Origin: an uncultured Gammaproteobacteria bacterium
Lineage (GTDB): Bacteria; Pseudomonadota; Gammaproteobacteria; Nitrococcales; Aquisalimonadaceae
Reading direction: 5' to 3'
DNA: 64,000 bases
NCBI GenBank assembly: GCA_963711725.1
Contig: CAVQFO010000020.1
Span: 32,770-96,769, forward strand
Position numbers and translations under genes: made by a program. Positions 40,248-50,700 of this stretch are shown in pieces (positions within the stretch are counted from its first letter, which is position 1; each line of letters opens with the position of its first letter). The notes beneath the pieces are model-generated. The model worked only from the letters and a program-made list of their open reading frames with translations. It did not search any database and was not told the origin of the DNA.

Positions 40248-42422
40248 GTGTCGCGAGCCACCGCCTTACCCACGGAAGAATACCCGGCTGCGGATCCCAG
40301 CCATAAGATCAGTGAGCTGTGCACGCTGCTTGAGAGCTATCTTGAGCCCAAGCACGTCAAGCTGGTCTACGATGCTTATGTGTTCGGCGCGCGCGCCCAT
40401 GAGGGCCAGCGCCGGCTCTCCGGCGAGCCCTATATCACCCATCCGTTGGCGGTGGCCAAGATCCTGGCGGAGATGCGGCTGGATTACCAGAGCGTCACGG
40501 CCGCCATTCTGCACGACGTCATAGAAGACACCCCCACCGCCAAGGAACAGATCTCCAAGCAGTTCGGCGAGGATGTGGCCGAGCTGGTGGACGGTGTCAG
40601 CAAGCTCACTCAGATCAAGTTCGAGAGCAAGGCCGAGGCCCAGGCGGCCAACTTCCGCAAGATGGTCCTGGCCATGGCCAAGGACATCCGCGTGATCCTG
40701 ATTAAGCTCGCGGATCGCCTGCATAACATGCGCACAATCTGGGTGATGCCTCCCCACAAGCGCCGCCGCATCGCCCGGGAAACTCTGGAAATCTACGCCC
40801 CCATCGCCAATCGGCTCGGCATCAACAATATCCGCGTCGAGCTGGAGGATCTGTCCTTCGCGGCCATTTACCCCATGCGTTGCCGGGTGCTGAAATCCCA
40901 GGTGCGCCGGGCCCGCGGCAATACCCGCGAGCTGGTCAGCAAGATCAGCGAATCCCTGCAGCAGCGCCTGGAAAGCGGCGGCATCCACGCCGTGGTCATG
41001 GGCCGGGAGAAGCATCTCTACAGCATCTACCGCAAGATGCTGACCCAGCAGAGCGAGCGCAAGGCCTTCTCCTCGGTAGTGGACGTCTATGGCTTTCGGG
41101 TGATCGTAGACACCGTGGACACCTGCTACCGGGTGCTGGGCCTGATGCACGGCCTCTACAAGCCGGTGCCCGGGCGCTTCAAGGACTACATCGCCATCCC
41201 CAAGAGCAACGGCTATCAATCCTTGCATACCACCTTGTGGGGGCCCCGAGGGATACAGATCGAGGTCCAGATCCGCACCGAGGAAATGCACCGGGTGGGT
41301 GAAATGGGTGTGGCCGCCCATTGGATGTACAAGAGCGGTGAGGACGCGGGCAACACCGCCCACGCCAAGGCGCGCGAGTGGGTCAAGGACCTGCTGGAGA
41401 TGCAGCGCAACGCCGGCAATCCCATGGAATTCATCGAAAACGTCAAGATCGATCTGTTCCCGGACGAGGTCTACGTTTTCACCCCCAGCGGCGAGATCAT
41501 GGAACTCCCACGCGGCGCCACCATCGTCGACTTCGCCTATGCCGTGCACTCGGACATCGGCGACGCCTGTCTGGCCGCCAAGGTTGACCGGCGGCTGATG
41601 CCCTTGAGCACGCCGTTGGCCACCGGGCAGACCGTGGATATCATCACCGCGCCCGGGGCACGCCCCAATCCCGCCTGGCTGGATTTCGTGGTTACCGCCA
41701 AGGCCCGCTCGGCGATCCGCCACTCGCTGAAAAACCTGAAACGGGGCGAAGCGGTGAGCCTGGGGCGCCGTCTGGTGTCCGAGTCATTGCAGGGCATGGG
41801 CCTGGTGTTCGAGGATCTGGAAAGCGAGCGTACCACGTTCGCCCTGGAGGCCCTGGGGCTCACCGACGTGGACACGTTGCTGGAAGAGGTCGGATTGGGC
41901 AAGCGCATGCCGTGGCTGGCGGCCCGGCAGCTGGCGGGCGTGGTGGAGGTCCCGAAGGAAGAGGACAAACAGCATCGCCAACGCTTGACCATCAAGGGCA
42001 CCGAGGGCGCCGTGGTCACTTTCGCCCGTTGCTGCCACCCCATCCCCGGCGATCAGATCGTCGGTTTTGCCAGTTCCGGGCGGGGCGTAGTGATTCACGT
42101 GCGCGATTGCAAGAATCTGGCGGAATACCGCAATAACCCCGATAAATGGATCGATGTTCAGTGGGAGGCCGAATTGGACCGGGACTTTCAGGTGCCGGTC
42201 CGGGTCGAGGTGGTCAACCAGCGCGGCGTGCTGGCCAGCGTGGCGGCCAATATCTCCGACATGGAGGCGAATATCGACAACGTCTCCGTGGAGGAGAAGG
42301 AAGGCATGATCGTGACCATTCAGTTCACTCTCGGCGTGCGCAGCCGCCTGCACCTGGCACGGGTGATGAAGCGCCTGCGCGTTCTCAACAGCGTGTTGCG
42401 TATCTCCCGCCTCAAGGGCTGA
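40248..42422 (+). CDS. spoT: Bifunctional (p)ppGpp synthetase/hydrolase
   Basis: 724 aa, GTG start. HD hydrolase domain (HPLAVA..LHDVIEDT), RelA/SpoT synthetase domain (..YRVIVD..SLHTT..VQIRTEEMH), TGS and ACT domains. It follows rpoZ as in Gammaproteobacteria. Confidence 0.9.
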   Translation: MSRATALPTEEYPAADPSHKISELCTLLESYLEPKHVKLVYDAYVFGARAHEGQRRLSGEPYITHPLAVAKILAEMRLDYQSVTAAILHDVIEDTPTAKEQISKQFGEDVAELVDGVSKLTQIKFESKAEAQAANFRKMVLAMAKDIRVILIKLADRLHNMRTIWVMPPHKRRRIARETLEIYAPIANRLGINNIRVELEDLSFAAIYPMRCRVLKSQVRRARGNTRELVSKISESLQQRLESGGIHAVVMGREKHLYSIYRKMLTQQSERKAFSSVVDVYGFRVIVDTVDTCYRVLGLMHGLYKPVPGRFKDYIAIPKSNGYQSLHTTLWGPRGIQIEVQIRTEEMHRVGEMGVAAHWMYKSGEDAGNTAHAKAREWVKDLLEMQRNAGNPMEFIENVKIDLFPDEVYVFTPSGEIMELPRGATIVDFAYAVHSDIGDACLAAKVDRRLMPLSTPLATGQTVDIITAPGARPNPAWLDFVVTAKARSAIRHSLKNLKRGEAVSLGRRLVSESLQGMGLVFEDLESERTTFALEALGLTDVDTLLEEVGLGKRMPWLAARQLAGVVEVPKEEDKQHRQRLTIKGTEGAVVTFARCCHPIPGDQIVGFASSGRGVVIHVRDCKNLAEYRNNPDKWIDVQWEAELDRDFQVPVRVEVVNQRGVLASVAANISDMEANIDNVSVEEKEGMIVTIQFTLGVRSRLHLARVMKRLRVLNSVLRISRLKG

Positions 42423-42499
42423 GGGCCGGCCGTTGGGTCGCAGCAATACGGCGGCCGGACGCATCCATTTACCATTCGTAGCTCCAAGGACCGTTCGCG

Positions 42500-43024
42500 A
42501 TGGCTCACGAGCAAACCAAGGAATTCATCCCGTTGCGCATCGCCGTACTTACGGTGTCCGATACGCGCACGGAGGCCGACGACAAGTCCGGCAACACCCT
42601 GGTGGGTCTGCTGACCGAAGCGGGGCACCAATCCGCGGCCAAGGCCATTGTCAAGGACGACCGTTATCAGATCCGCGCGCGGCTCTCGACGTGGATCGCC
42701 GATCCGGAGGTGGATGTGGTGATCGTGACCGGCGGTACGGGGTTTTCCGACCGGGACGTTACACCCGAGGCGGTGCGGCCGTTGTTCGATCGGGACGTGG
42801 ATGGTTTCGGGGAAGCGTTCCGTCAGTTCTCCCTGGAGGAGATTGGAACCTCAACGATTCAATCCCGCGCCCTGGCCGGCATCGCCAACCGCACGCTGAT
42901 CGCATGCCTGCCGGGTTCGACGGGCGCTTGCCGCACCGGCTGGAATCGTGTGCTTAGGGAGCAGTTGGACAGTCGCCATCGGCCCTGCAACTTCGTGGAG
43001 TTGCTCCGGCCGGTTCGCGGTTGA
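42500..43024 (+). CDS. moaB: Molybdenum cofactor biosynthesis protein B
   Basis: [41 protein letters not shown]. Confidence 0.75.
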   Translation: MAHEQTKEFIPLRIAVLTVSDTRTEADDKSGNTLVGLLTEAGHQSAAKAIVKDDRYQIRARLSTWIADPEVDVVIVTGGTGFSDRDVTPEAVRPLFDRDVDGFGEAFRQFSLEEIGTSTIQSRALAGIANRTLIACLPGSTGACRTGWNRVLREQLDSRHRPCNFVELLRPVRG

Positions 43025-43034
43025 GCAACGGAGA

Positions 43035-43262
43035 ATTCGCGGCGATGAGCGCCGCTCCTGCGAGTTGGTAAACGAATACCTCCTTACGTTTCAGGACACG
43101 AAGAGCACGAAGGGTCCACAAAGAGGCGCGAAGGTGATCAGTGTCTCCTTAAAAGGCATCGTGTGCTTCGTGACCCGAAACGCACCATTATTCGGGGTCG
43201 CCACGACCGCTCATACCAGCACCCGACTCTTCATTGTAGGAGCGGCGCTCCTCGCCGCGAAT
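43035..43262. repeat. Family D MITE-like element bounded by inverted copies of the GTAGGAGCGGCGCTC..CGCCGCGAAT module
   Basis: attcgcggcgatgagcgccgctcctgc (43035-43061) and gtaggagcggcgctcctcgccgcgaat (43236-43262). The interior carries caggacacgaagagcacgaaggg and gtgtgcttcgtgacccgaaacg modules. Confidence 0.7.
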
Positions 43263-43271
43263 GGCGTCTCC

Positions 43272-43514
43272 CTAGGAATCCTCGCCTTCCGATTCCGTCC
43301 CGAACTTCAGTTCCACCGTGCCCTTGGCCGTTTCGCAGGTCAGGCCGTCGGAGTGGATCTTGATCAGGTCTTGATAAAGCAGCCGGGTGCTCATCTCCAA
43401 AAGCATGGACAACACCTGGGTGACAGCCTCCTCCGGGGCGCCGTCACGCTTCATTTTTTCGATCAAGTGCTGAGTGGCTTCCAACTGCCAGACTTCATGG
43501 GTTTCAACGCTCAC
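43272..43514 (-). CDS. Hypothetical small protein (80 aa)
   Basis: GTG 43514 is preceded by GGAGAG. VSVETHEVWQLEATQHLIEKMKRDGAPEE...; I recognise no family. The track ORF to 43841 is over-extended into the DUF302 gene. Confidence 0.35.
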   Translation of the reverse strand: MSVETHEVWQLEATQHLIEKMKRDGAPEEAVTQVLSMLLEMSTRLLYQDLIKIHSDGLTCETAKGTVELKFGTESEGEDS

Positions 43515-43656
43515 GCTCTCTCCCCGGCTCGTGATTAAGTATTGCTCGATGATACATGTTCGGGCTGCATGCGGCGAACCTCGCCCGGCGCGGCCTTGTG
43601 GTGCGCGCCGGTTCGCCCCATAACGTCGGGGAGTCCCAAAAACCCGAGGTGTATGC

Positions 43657-44067
43657 ATGAGCGAACGGTTGTCTTTCGATGTAAGACTTGAAGAGCGAGA
43701 CCACGAAGCCGTAATCGACCGGGTTACGTCGGCACTGGCGGACGAGGGGTTCGGCGTGCTCAGCCGGATCGATGTGCACTCCGCTCTCAAGAAGAAACTA
43801 AGCGTGGACTTTCGCCCATACACCATCCTCGGAGCGTGCAATCCGCAGTTCGCTCATCAGGCCCTGCAGGTTAATCCGGAAGTCGGTGTGCTGTTGCCCT
43901 GCAACGTGGTGGTGGAGGCCGCGGAAGACGGCAAGGGGACTGTGGTGAGAGTTGGGGATCCGGCGGTGCTCTTGTCCACCGGTGGCATGGATGAGCAGCC
44001 CGGCCTGAAAGACCTGGCCGGGGAGGTTGGATCCCGCCTGCAGCGGGTTGCGATCGCGCTTCGCTAA
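43657..44067 (+). CDS. DUF302 domain-containing protein
   Basis: 136 aa. ..ALADEGFGVLSRIDVHSALKKKLSVDFRPYTILGACNPQFAHQAL..EVGVLLPCNVVV.. is the typical DUF302 pattern. Confidence 0.7.
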   Translation: MSERLSFDVRLEERDHEAVIDRVTSALADEGFGVLSRIDVHSALKKKLSVDFRPYTILGACNPQFAHQALQVNPEVGVLLPCNVVVEAAEDGKGTVVRVGDPAVLLSTGGMDEQPGLKDLAGEVGSRLQRVAIALR

Positions 44068-44112
44068 GAACGGGCGCGTCCCCGGGGTGAGACCCGGGGA
44101 CGCGGCGCGCGA

Positions 44113-44457
44113 TCAGGATGCCATCGGCGTATACGCCGTGCACCACCCCTTGGTGTTGACCACATGTCCCGGAAACACGGCGCAGGTTCCGTAATCGGCC
44201 TTGCGGTCGCCCGTGTACAACTGGCAGTTGTGGCAGAACTCGCCTTTCTTGTGTTTCGCGTTCTTGGAGCTGGTGGCGTCGTTGGTGTAGTCGAAGTTCT
44301 TCGCGGTCTGGCTGGACGGATCCAGTTTCGGAAGGCCTTCGGCCGCCGAGGCGAGCTTCTGGTGGAAGAGTGCGCCCGCGAACGGGACCGCGGCAATTCC
44401 CACAAGGCTCTTCCTCAGGAAATCGCGGCGACTGTGTTTGATGCTTTCATCAGACAT
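44113..44457 (-). CDS. High-potential iron-sulfur protein (HiPIP) with a Tat signal
   Basis: SRRDFLR twin-arginine signal. Four Cys in HiPIP spacing: FCHNCQLY...GTCAVFPG...GWCTAY. Confidence 0.85.
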   Translation of the reverse strand: MSDESIKHSRRDFLRKSLVGIAAVPFAGALFHQKLASAAEGLPKLDPSSQTAKNFDYTNDATSSKNAKHKKGEFCHNCQLYTGDRKADYGTCAVFPGHVVNTKGWCTAYTPMAS

Positions 44458-44987
44458 GGGGCTCTCCTTATCGTTCGAGGTTCAAGAACTGCGTATTTAT
44501 CGCCAAGGTGCCGTCGCGTCGACGGTTTTTCAACGCTTGGCACGGTGTGCGGGCGCCGGTCCGGCATTGGCGGTTCGTGGGGCCCTTCTTCGGCCGCTTG
44601 ATTGCGCTTCGCCCTGCCCAAGGCCGAATGCTGCGCGCGGGTGCGAAAAGCGTCCCCGTCTGTTCCCGACCGGCGAAAGCGGAGAAGGTTCCATGGTGGC
44701 GGCATGCTTCCGGGCCACCCTGCGGGCGGAAGCCACATATTATGCTCGAAGAAGCGGGCTTGGACGAACGTCTGCGCGACCTCGACCAGGAACGCACGCA
44801 AAATGGAGTTTGACCAGCCACCGCCGCAAGCGGCGGTGGTGCCGACGGTTGAAGCCGGTGCCCCTCCGCTGCACCGGCCTTAGTTGATAATATGACCGGT
44901 ACAGAATCCGCGGCTTCGGGATTCCGGTGCCGTGGGCGATTGGAGCCCCGGCGGCGAAGACCCGGGGCAAGACCAGGAGAAGGGGCC

Positions 44988-46775
44988 ATGACCGACTACA
45001 ACGCACCGACCAAGGACATGCTATTCGTGATCCGGGAACTCCTGGACTTCGATTCGGTAGCCGCCTTGCCGGGGTTTGAGGATGTCGATGCCGAAGTGGT
45101 GGAAGCCATCATCGAGGAGGCCGCGCGATTCGGCGGTGGGGTCCTCGCCCCGCTCAATCGAAGCGGCGATATCGAGGGAGCGCGTTGGAACGACCGCGAA
45201 GTGACCGCCCCGGCGGGATTCGGGGACGCGTATGGGCAATTCGTGGACGGCGGCTGGAATGGCGTGGCCGCACCGCCCGAAGCGGGCGGGATGGGGCTGC
45301 CCGAGCTTCTCGCCACTGCCACCCAGGAGATGTGGCAGTCCGCCAATATGTCCTTCGCGCTGTGCCCCATGCTCACTGCCAGCGCCATCCTGGTCCTGGA
45401 GCGCTACGGCACCGACGAGCAGAAGGCCCGCTATCTGGAACCCTTGGTGTCCGGTCGCTGGAACGGCACCATGGATCTTACCGAACCCCAGGCCGGTTCC
45501 GACCTGGCCGCCGTACGTACCCGCGCCGAGCAGCGGGGCGACCATTACCGCCTGTTCGGCCAGAAGATATTCATTACCTGGGGCGACCACGACATGGCCG
45601 AGAACGTGGTCCATTTCGTTCTGGCGCGCACGCCTGGTGCCGGCGAAGGCGTCAAGGGGCTGTCTCTGTTCATCGTGCCCAAGTATCTGGTTAACGAAGA
45701 CGGCACCCTGGGTCGGCGCAACGATATGCATTGCGCCTCCCTGGAACACAAGCTCGGCATTCACGCCAGCCCCACCTGCGCCATGATCTACGGCGACGAG
45801 GACGGCGCCGTGGGATACATCGTCGGCGAGGAAGGCCAGGGGCTGGCGTTGATGTTCACCATGATGAACGAGGCGCGGCACAAGGTCGGCGTTCAGGGGC
45901 TGTCCATCGCCGAGCGTGCCTACCAACAGGCTCGGGGCTACGCCCTGGAACGGGTCCAGGGTCGGCCCGTGGGTGGTGGCGCCGGCGACCGCTCGCCCAT
46001 CATCCAACACCCGGACGTCCGCCGCATGCTGATGACCATGAAGGCCGAGATTGAGGCCATGCGCGCTCTTTGCTACGCGGCGGCGGCGGGAATGGATCGT
46101 GCCGGTCGGGACCCCGACGAAGAAGCCCGGGCCGACAGTCAGGCGCGGGTGGATCTGCTTATCCCCATCGTCAAGGCGTGGTGCACCGAGTTGGGGGTGG
46201 AAGTGGCGTCCTTGGGCGTCCAGGTGCACGGCGGCATGGGCTTCATCGAGGAAACCGGCGCCGCCCAGCATCTCCGCGACGCCCGGATCGCGCCGATCTA
46301 CGAGGGTACCAACGGTATCCAGGCGGCGGATCTGGTCGGCCGCAAGGTGTTGCGCGACCAGGGCATCGCCATGGATCGCCTGATCGAGGAGATGCGAGAG
46401 GTGGCCGCGGCCCTGGCGGGCGATGACGAGGTGAAGAGTCTCCGGGGAGCGCTGGAGGAAGGCGTCGACGCGTTGGCGCGGGCGACCCGCTGGATACTGG
46501 ACAACGGCGCCGAGGATCCGGCCGCCGCCATGGCCAATTCCATGAACTATCTTCTGCTGGCCGGATACGTGTGCGGCGGGTGGTTGATGGCGCGGGCGGC
46601 ATTGCGGGCCTCCGCGGCTCTGACCGCCGGAGCCGGCGACCGGGCATTCTACGAGGCGAAGCTGGTGACGGCCGGTTTCTACATCGACCAGATCCTGCCG
46701 CGGGCGCTGGCCGCGGCGCGGGCCGTGACCTCCGGCGGGGATCGCATCATGGCGTTGAGCCCCGAGCAGTTTTAG
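44988..46775 (+). CDS. Acyl-CoA dehydrogenase, long form with a C-terminal helical extension
   Basis: ATG 44988 after GGAGAAGG. ..GGMGLP..CPMLT..GTMDLTEPQAGSDL..KIFITWGDHD..SLEHKLGIHASPTC... Confidence 0.8.
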   Translation: MTDYNAPTKDMLFVIRELLDFDSVAALPGFEDVDAEVVEAIIEEAARFGGGVLAPLNRSGDIEGARWNDREVTAPAGFGDAYGQFVDGGWNGVAAPPEAGGMGLPELLATATQEMWQSANMSFALCPMLTASAILVLERYGTDEQKARYLEPLVSGRWNGTMDLTEPQAGSDLAAVRTRAEQRGDHYRLFGQKIFITWGDHDMAENVVHFVLARTPGAGEGVKGLSLFIVPKYLVNEDGTLGRRNDMHCASLEHKLGIHASPTCAMIYGDEDGAVGYIVGEEGQGLALMFTMMNEARHKVGVQGLSIAERAYQQARGYALERVQGRPVGGGAGDRSPIIQHPDVRRMLMTMKAEIEAMRALCYAAAAGMDRAGRDPDEEARADSQARVDLLIPIVKAWCTELGVEVASLGVQVHGGMGFIEETGAAQHLRDARIAPIYEGTNGIQAADLVGRKVLRDQGIAMDRLIEEMREVAAALAGDDEVKSLRGALEEGVDALARATRWILDNGAEDPAAAMANSMNYLLLAGYVCGGWLMARAALRASAALTAGAGDRAFYEAKLVTAGFYIDQILPRALAAARAVTSGGDRIMALSPEQF

Positions 46776-46805
46776 GGAGACGCTGAACTAGTCACCCGCC
46801 CGCGA

Positions 46806-47792
46806 TCAGGTCTGTTTGGTCATCCGGGTAGGCGCGGCATCGCTGGCGGGAGGATCCGCTGCGACCGTGCCCGCATACGCTCGCCGGAGGCGTTGGGCCA
46901 GGTCCACCACCGTTTCCGGCCGGATACTGCCGATCGGCGCCAGACTGACGGCCAGGCGTTGGGTCGGGCCGACCCGGTTTCGCAGTTCTTCCCAAACCTG
47001 GGCGATCCGCGCCAGCGAGCGGGATTCGGTGTCCCGGGGGTCCGCGCACAGCCACTGCTCCAGATCCTCCGGCAGGCGCACACCCAACCAACGAAGAAAG
47101 CAGATGTTCCGCTCATTGCGCACCGGCGCGAACGAAACCAGGAGCGGGGGCAGCGCCTGCTTCGCCGATTCGCGTTCCGCCCGCTCCACCAGGGCGACGA
47201 TATCGTCCGCCTGGTAACACACCTGGGTCGTGAAGAAATCCGCGCCGGCTTCCCGCTTCCGCGCCAGCCGGCCGGGTTCCCCCGCCCGATGAGGGATGCA
47301 GATGTTGCCGATGAGCAGATCATGGTCGGGGATGACTTCCCGGAGCAGTTCATTGGCCCGCACCACCCCCGGCCCGGGATAGCGGCGGCGACTGTCGTCG
47401 CCGCCCACCAGCACGAAGCGGCTGACCCCGTAATCGCCGTGGGTGCGCCGAAACCATTCCGCCTGGACCGGCTCAGGTTCATGGACCACCACGCGATTGA
47501 CGATGCACTCCAGCCCGGCTCGTCGCCGGATTTCCAGTGCCAGTTCGCGAGGTTCGAAGCGCGGTTCGAACGGTGTGCGACGCCGGCCCCGGGGGTCGCG
47601 CCCCTGTTCTTCATGGATCTCCGGGATATTGACGGCGTCCAGCCCGACGGCTTCGTCAATGGCCGCCGCTTCCTCCGCCCGCGCCGCGAGCGCGGCCCGG
47701 CCGGCCCGAAGCGGCGGTGGCACCAGTTCCAATACCAACGGCGGCGGTCCGTCGCTTACCCGGACTGCACGGAAATGCTGCGGCGCTGTCAT
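46806..47792 (-). CDS. Methylenetetrahydrofolate reductase-like protein
   Basis: ATG 47792. ..DAVNIPE.., ..GADFFTTQVCYQADDIVALV.. resembles the MetF/MTHFR fold. The assignment is family level only. The track start 48155 lies inside a repeat. Confidence 0.5.
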   Translation of the reverse strand: MTAPQHFRAVRVSDGPPPLVLELVPPPLRAGRAALAARAEEAAAIDEAVGLDAVNIPEIHEEQGRDPRGRRRTPFEPRFEPRELALEIRRRAGLECIVNRVVVHEPEPVQAEWFRRTHGDYGVSRFVLVGGDDSRRRYPGPGVVRANELLREVIPDHDLLIGNICIPHRAGEPGRLARKREAGADFFTTQVCYQADDIVALVERAERESAKQALPPLLVSFAPVRNERNICFLRWLGVRLPEDLEQWLCADPRDTESRSLARIAQVWEELRNRVGPTQRLAVSLAPIGSIRPETVVDLAQRLRRAYAGTVAADPPASDAAPTRMTKQT

Positions 47793-47889
47793 GCCCGGCG
47801 GCTCCCTCGTGTCACTTGTCCTATTCCTACCTTGGGTCGACCCGGCGGCTCTCAAGCGGGTGCCCCGTCGCGCCTCAGCACGTACACTA

Positions 47890-48155
47890 GTGTACTGCGT
47901 CGCGATTCCTGGCCCTTTCAGAGCCTCCCACAAGCGTCGGATCAAGGCGCAGGGCGCAGGCAATGGCCGGCGCCCTTGGCAAGGCCGGCAACGCCGAGCT
48001 GGCGCTTGTGGGAGGCTCCCTTCGGGCGCGCCGCTATCGGGCAATCTGCGGTGTTGCGCGGACTTGAAAGGGAATGACCCTTCCGGCGTCCGCGCGCCTG
48101 GCACCTGACCCGATAACGGCGCGCTGAAAGGGCCAGGAATTGCGACGCAGTACAC
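47890..48155. repeat. 266-bp nested inverted-repeat (MITE-like) element; full-length relative of the apt insertion
   Basis: 32-nt terminal arms gtgtactgcgtcgcgattcctggccctttcag (47890-47921) and ctgaaagggccaggaattgcgacgcagtacac (48124-48155), with one mismatch. Inner pairs agcctcccacaagcg with cgcttgtgggaggct, and gccgctatcggg with cccgataacggc. Confidence 0.75.
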
Positions 48156-48194
48156 TTGTGGCTTCCTTAGGCTTCATCTCAAATGGAGATTTTG

Positions 48195-48581
48195 ATGAAA
48201 CGCGAGATCGTCCGGACCGAAAAGGCGCCCGCCGCCATCGGAACGTATTCCCAGGCCGTGAAAGTCGGCGACACGGTTTATCTCTCGGGCCAGATCCCGC
48301 TGGTTCCGGAGACCATGGAGTTGGTCGGGGGCGGCGTGGAAGCCCAGATCAGGCGGGTGTTTGATAATCTGGCCGCCGTCTGTGAGGCCGCCGGCGGATC
48401 GTTGGCCGACATCGTTAAGCTCAATATCTATCTCACGGATTTGGGCAACTTCGCCAAGGTCAACGAAATCATGGCTGAATACCTGAGCGAACCGTATCCG
48501 GCCCGGGCGGCCGTAGGTGTTGCCAGCCTGCCGAAGGGCGCGGGCGTGGAGATGGAAGCAGTCGTGGTGCTGGGAAGCTGA
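48195..48581 (+). CDS. ridA: RidA family reactive enamine/imine deaminase
   Basis: [35 protein letters not shown]...[25 protein letters not shown] 48195 lies 6 nt after GGAG. Confidence 0.85.
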   Translation: MKREIVRTEKAPAAIGTYSQAVKVGDTVYLSGQIPLVPETMELVGGGVEAQIRRVFDNLAAVCEAAGGSLADIVKLNIYLTDLGNFAKVNEIMAEYLSEPYPARAAVGVASLPKGAGVEMEAVVVLGS

Positions 48582-48591
48582 GACTCGCGGC

Positions 48592-50676
48592 ATGACGCAG
48601 GGGGGAGCCCTCGCCGGACCCGTCTCCAACCTTGCGGGGGCGGGGCCGAGCATCGCCGCGCGGCTGGAGAAGATTGGTCTGAGCCGGGTGGCTGACCTCG
48701 TCTTCCATTTGCCACTGCGGTATGAGGATCGCACCCGGGTCGTGCCAATGGGCGGCCTGCGTCCCGGCGACCGTGTGCTGGTGCAGGGCACCGTGCAACT
48801 TGCCGAAGTTGCGGCGGGGCGTCGGCGGCGCCTGGTGGCTCGCATCAGTGATGGGACCGGCAGCCTCACTCTGCAGTTCTTCCACTTCTACCCCAATCAG
48901 GTGCGCAGCCTTCGAGCCGGCACGGTGATCCGGTGTTTCGGCGAGGCCCGCCGTGGCGCAGTGGGGCTGCAGATGGTCCATCCGGAGTACAGCGTGGTGG
49001 GCGCCGATGAACCGCCGGAAGAAGAGGGCACGCTGACCCCGATCTATCCGGCAACCGAGGGGGTGAACCAGCCGGTGCTGCGCCGCTTGGTGGAACAGGC
49101 CCTGGCCTTCGCCTCGGAGGAACTGGAGGATCTGCTGCCGGCGGAATGGGCCGCGCAATTGAAGTTGCCGGGGCTCTGGGAGTCGCTGTGCTTTGTTCAC
49201 AGCCCTCCGGCCGGCACCGCCCTGGAACTGCTGGAGAGCAGGGCACATCCCGCCTTCGAGAGACTGGCCTTCGAGGAACTGCTGGCCCATCACCTGAGCC
49301 TGCGCCGTGCCCGCCAACGAGTGCAGCAGGACCAGCGGGCGCCGATCCTGCGGGGCAACGGACGTCTGATTCAGGGGTTCCGCCAAGGGCTGCCCTTCTC
49401 GCTCACCGATGCCCAGGAGCGCGTGGATGTGGAGGTGGGCAGGGATATGGCGAGTCATCGTCCCATGTTGCGGCTGGTGCAGGGCGATGTGGGCTCGGGC
49501 AAGACCGTGGTGGCCGCGCTGGCGGTGTTGCGCGCCGTGGAAAGCGGAATGCAGGCCGCCGTGATGGCCCCTACGGAGCTGCTGGCGGAGCAGCACTACC
49601 GAAACTTCGCGGCGTGGCTGGAGCCGCTCGGGGTGCCGGTGGCATGGCTCAGCGGCCGGCGCGGCGCGGCGGCGCGCCGGGGTGCGCTGCAGGCGCTGGA
49701 AAGCGGAGAGGCCGCCGTGGCCGTGGGCACCCACGCGCTGTTTCAGGGCGAGGTGCAGTTTCATCGGTTGGGCCTGGTGATCGTGGACGAGCAGCACCGT
49801 TTCGGCGTCCATCAGCGCCTGGCGCTCAAGGAAAAGGGCCACCGGCAGGCGGCCCAGCCTCATCAGCTCATCATGACAGCCACCCCCATCCCCCGCACCC
49901 TGGCCATGACGGCCTATGCCGATCTGGATGTTTCGGTGATCGACGAACTGCCCCCCGGGCGGACGCCGGTGAAGACCGTGGCGGTTCCCGCCAGCCGTCG
50001 GGCGGAGGTGATCGAGGGCGTGGAGAAGGCCTGTCGCGAGGGCAGCCAGGCCTACTGGGTCTGCACGCTGATCGAGGAGTCGGATGCCCTGCAGGCCGAG
50101 GCCGCGGAGGACACGGCTCAGCGGTTGGAGCAGGCGCTGCCCGATGTGCGCGTGGGTCTGGTACATGGCCGGATGAAGGCCGCCGACAAGGAGGCGGTCA
50201 TGCAGGCTTTTTCCTCCGGCGAGCTGGACCTGCTGGTGGCCACCACCGTGATCGAGGTGGGCGTGGACGTGCCCAACGCCAGCCTGATGATCATCGAGAA
50301 TGCCGAGCGCCTGGGGCTTGCCCAGTTGCACCAGCTTCGCGGCCGTGTGGGGCGCGGCAGCACGGCCAGCAGTTGTGTGCTGCTATATCAGGCGCCGTTG
50401 TCCGATACCGCGCGCGCCCGCTTGGGCGTGCTGCGCGACAGTAGCGATGGCTTCGAAATCGCCCGCCGGGATCTGGAATTGCGCGGGCCGGGAGAGTTGC
50501 TGGGTACCCGCCAGACCGGGGCCATGCATTTGCGTATCGCCGATCTGACCCGTGACGGCGCCTTGATTCCCCGTGTCCAGAAGGCGGCCGAAAACCTGTT
50601 GGCTGAAGCGCCCGAGGCGGCAGATCGGTTGATCGACCGGTGGGTGGGGGAGGGAGAACGGTACAGCCAGGTGTGA
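48592..50676 (+). CDS. recG: ATP-dependent DNA helicase RecG
   Basis: ATG 48592. Wedge domain, then GDVGSGKT (motif I), DEQHRFG (motif II), and ..QLHQLRGRVGRG... Confidence 0.9.
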   Translation: MTQGGALAGPVSNLAGAGPSIAARLEKIGLSRVADLVFHLPLRYEDRTRVVPMGGLRPGDRVLVQGTVQLAEVAAGRRRRLVARISDGTGSLTLQFFHFYPNQVRSLRAGTVIRCFGEARRGAVGLQMVHPEYSVVGADEPPEEEGTLTPIYPATEGVNQPVLRRLVEQALAFASEELEDLLPAEWAAQLKLPGLWESLCFVHSPPAGTALELLESRAHPAFERLAFEELLAHHLSLRRARQRVQQDQRAPILRGNGRLIQGFRQGLPFSLTDAQERVDVEVGRDMASHRPMLRLVQGDVGSGKTVVAALAVLRAVESGMQAAVMAPTELLAEQHYRNFAAWLEPLGVPVAWLSGRRGAAARRGALQALESGEAAVAVGTHALFQGEVQFHRLGLVIVDEQHRFGVHQRLALKEKGHRQAAQPHQLIMTATPIPRTLAMTAYADLDVSVIDELPPGRTPVKTVAVPASRRAEVIEGVEKACREGSQAYWVCTLIEESDALQAEAAEDTAQRLEQALPDVRVGLVHGRMKAADKEAVMQAFSSGELDLLVATTVIEVGVDVPNASLMIIENAERLGLAQLHQLRGRVGRGSTASSCVLLYQAPLSDTARARLGVLRDSSDGFEIARRDLELRGPGELLGTRQTGAMHLRIADLTRDGALIPRVQKAAENLLAEAPEAADRLIDRWVGEGERYSQV

Positions 50677-50700
50677 ACCGGGACAGAGGGGAGAGGGTTT

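Noticed and set aside
44538-44552. Sigma-54 promoter-like TGGCAC in the HiPIP / acyl-CoA dehydrogenase intergenic region
   Set aside because: The GC dinucleotide of the -12 element is displaced by 2 nt relative to the GG-N10-GC rule, and there is no TTGC element.
44730-44804. 24-codon ORF MLEEAGLDERLRDLDQERTQNGV in the 530-bp HiPIP / acyl-CoA dehydrogenase intergenic region
   Set aside because: There is no Shine-Dalgarno sequence and no recognisable family, so it is not distinguishable from chance.
46806-48155. Over-extended track starts generally (46806-48155, 37361-38347, 35568-36929, 19961-21853, 57595-58227, 53983-54717, 44892-46775, 48517-50676)
   Set aside because: Homology and RBS placement indicate internal starts. 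The upstream extensions run through repeats or neighbouring genes and are compositionally non-coding.
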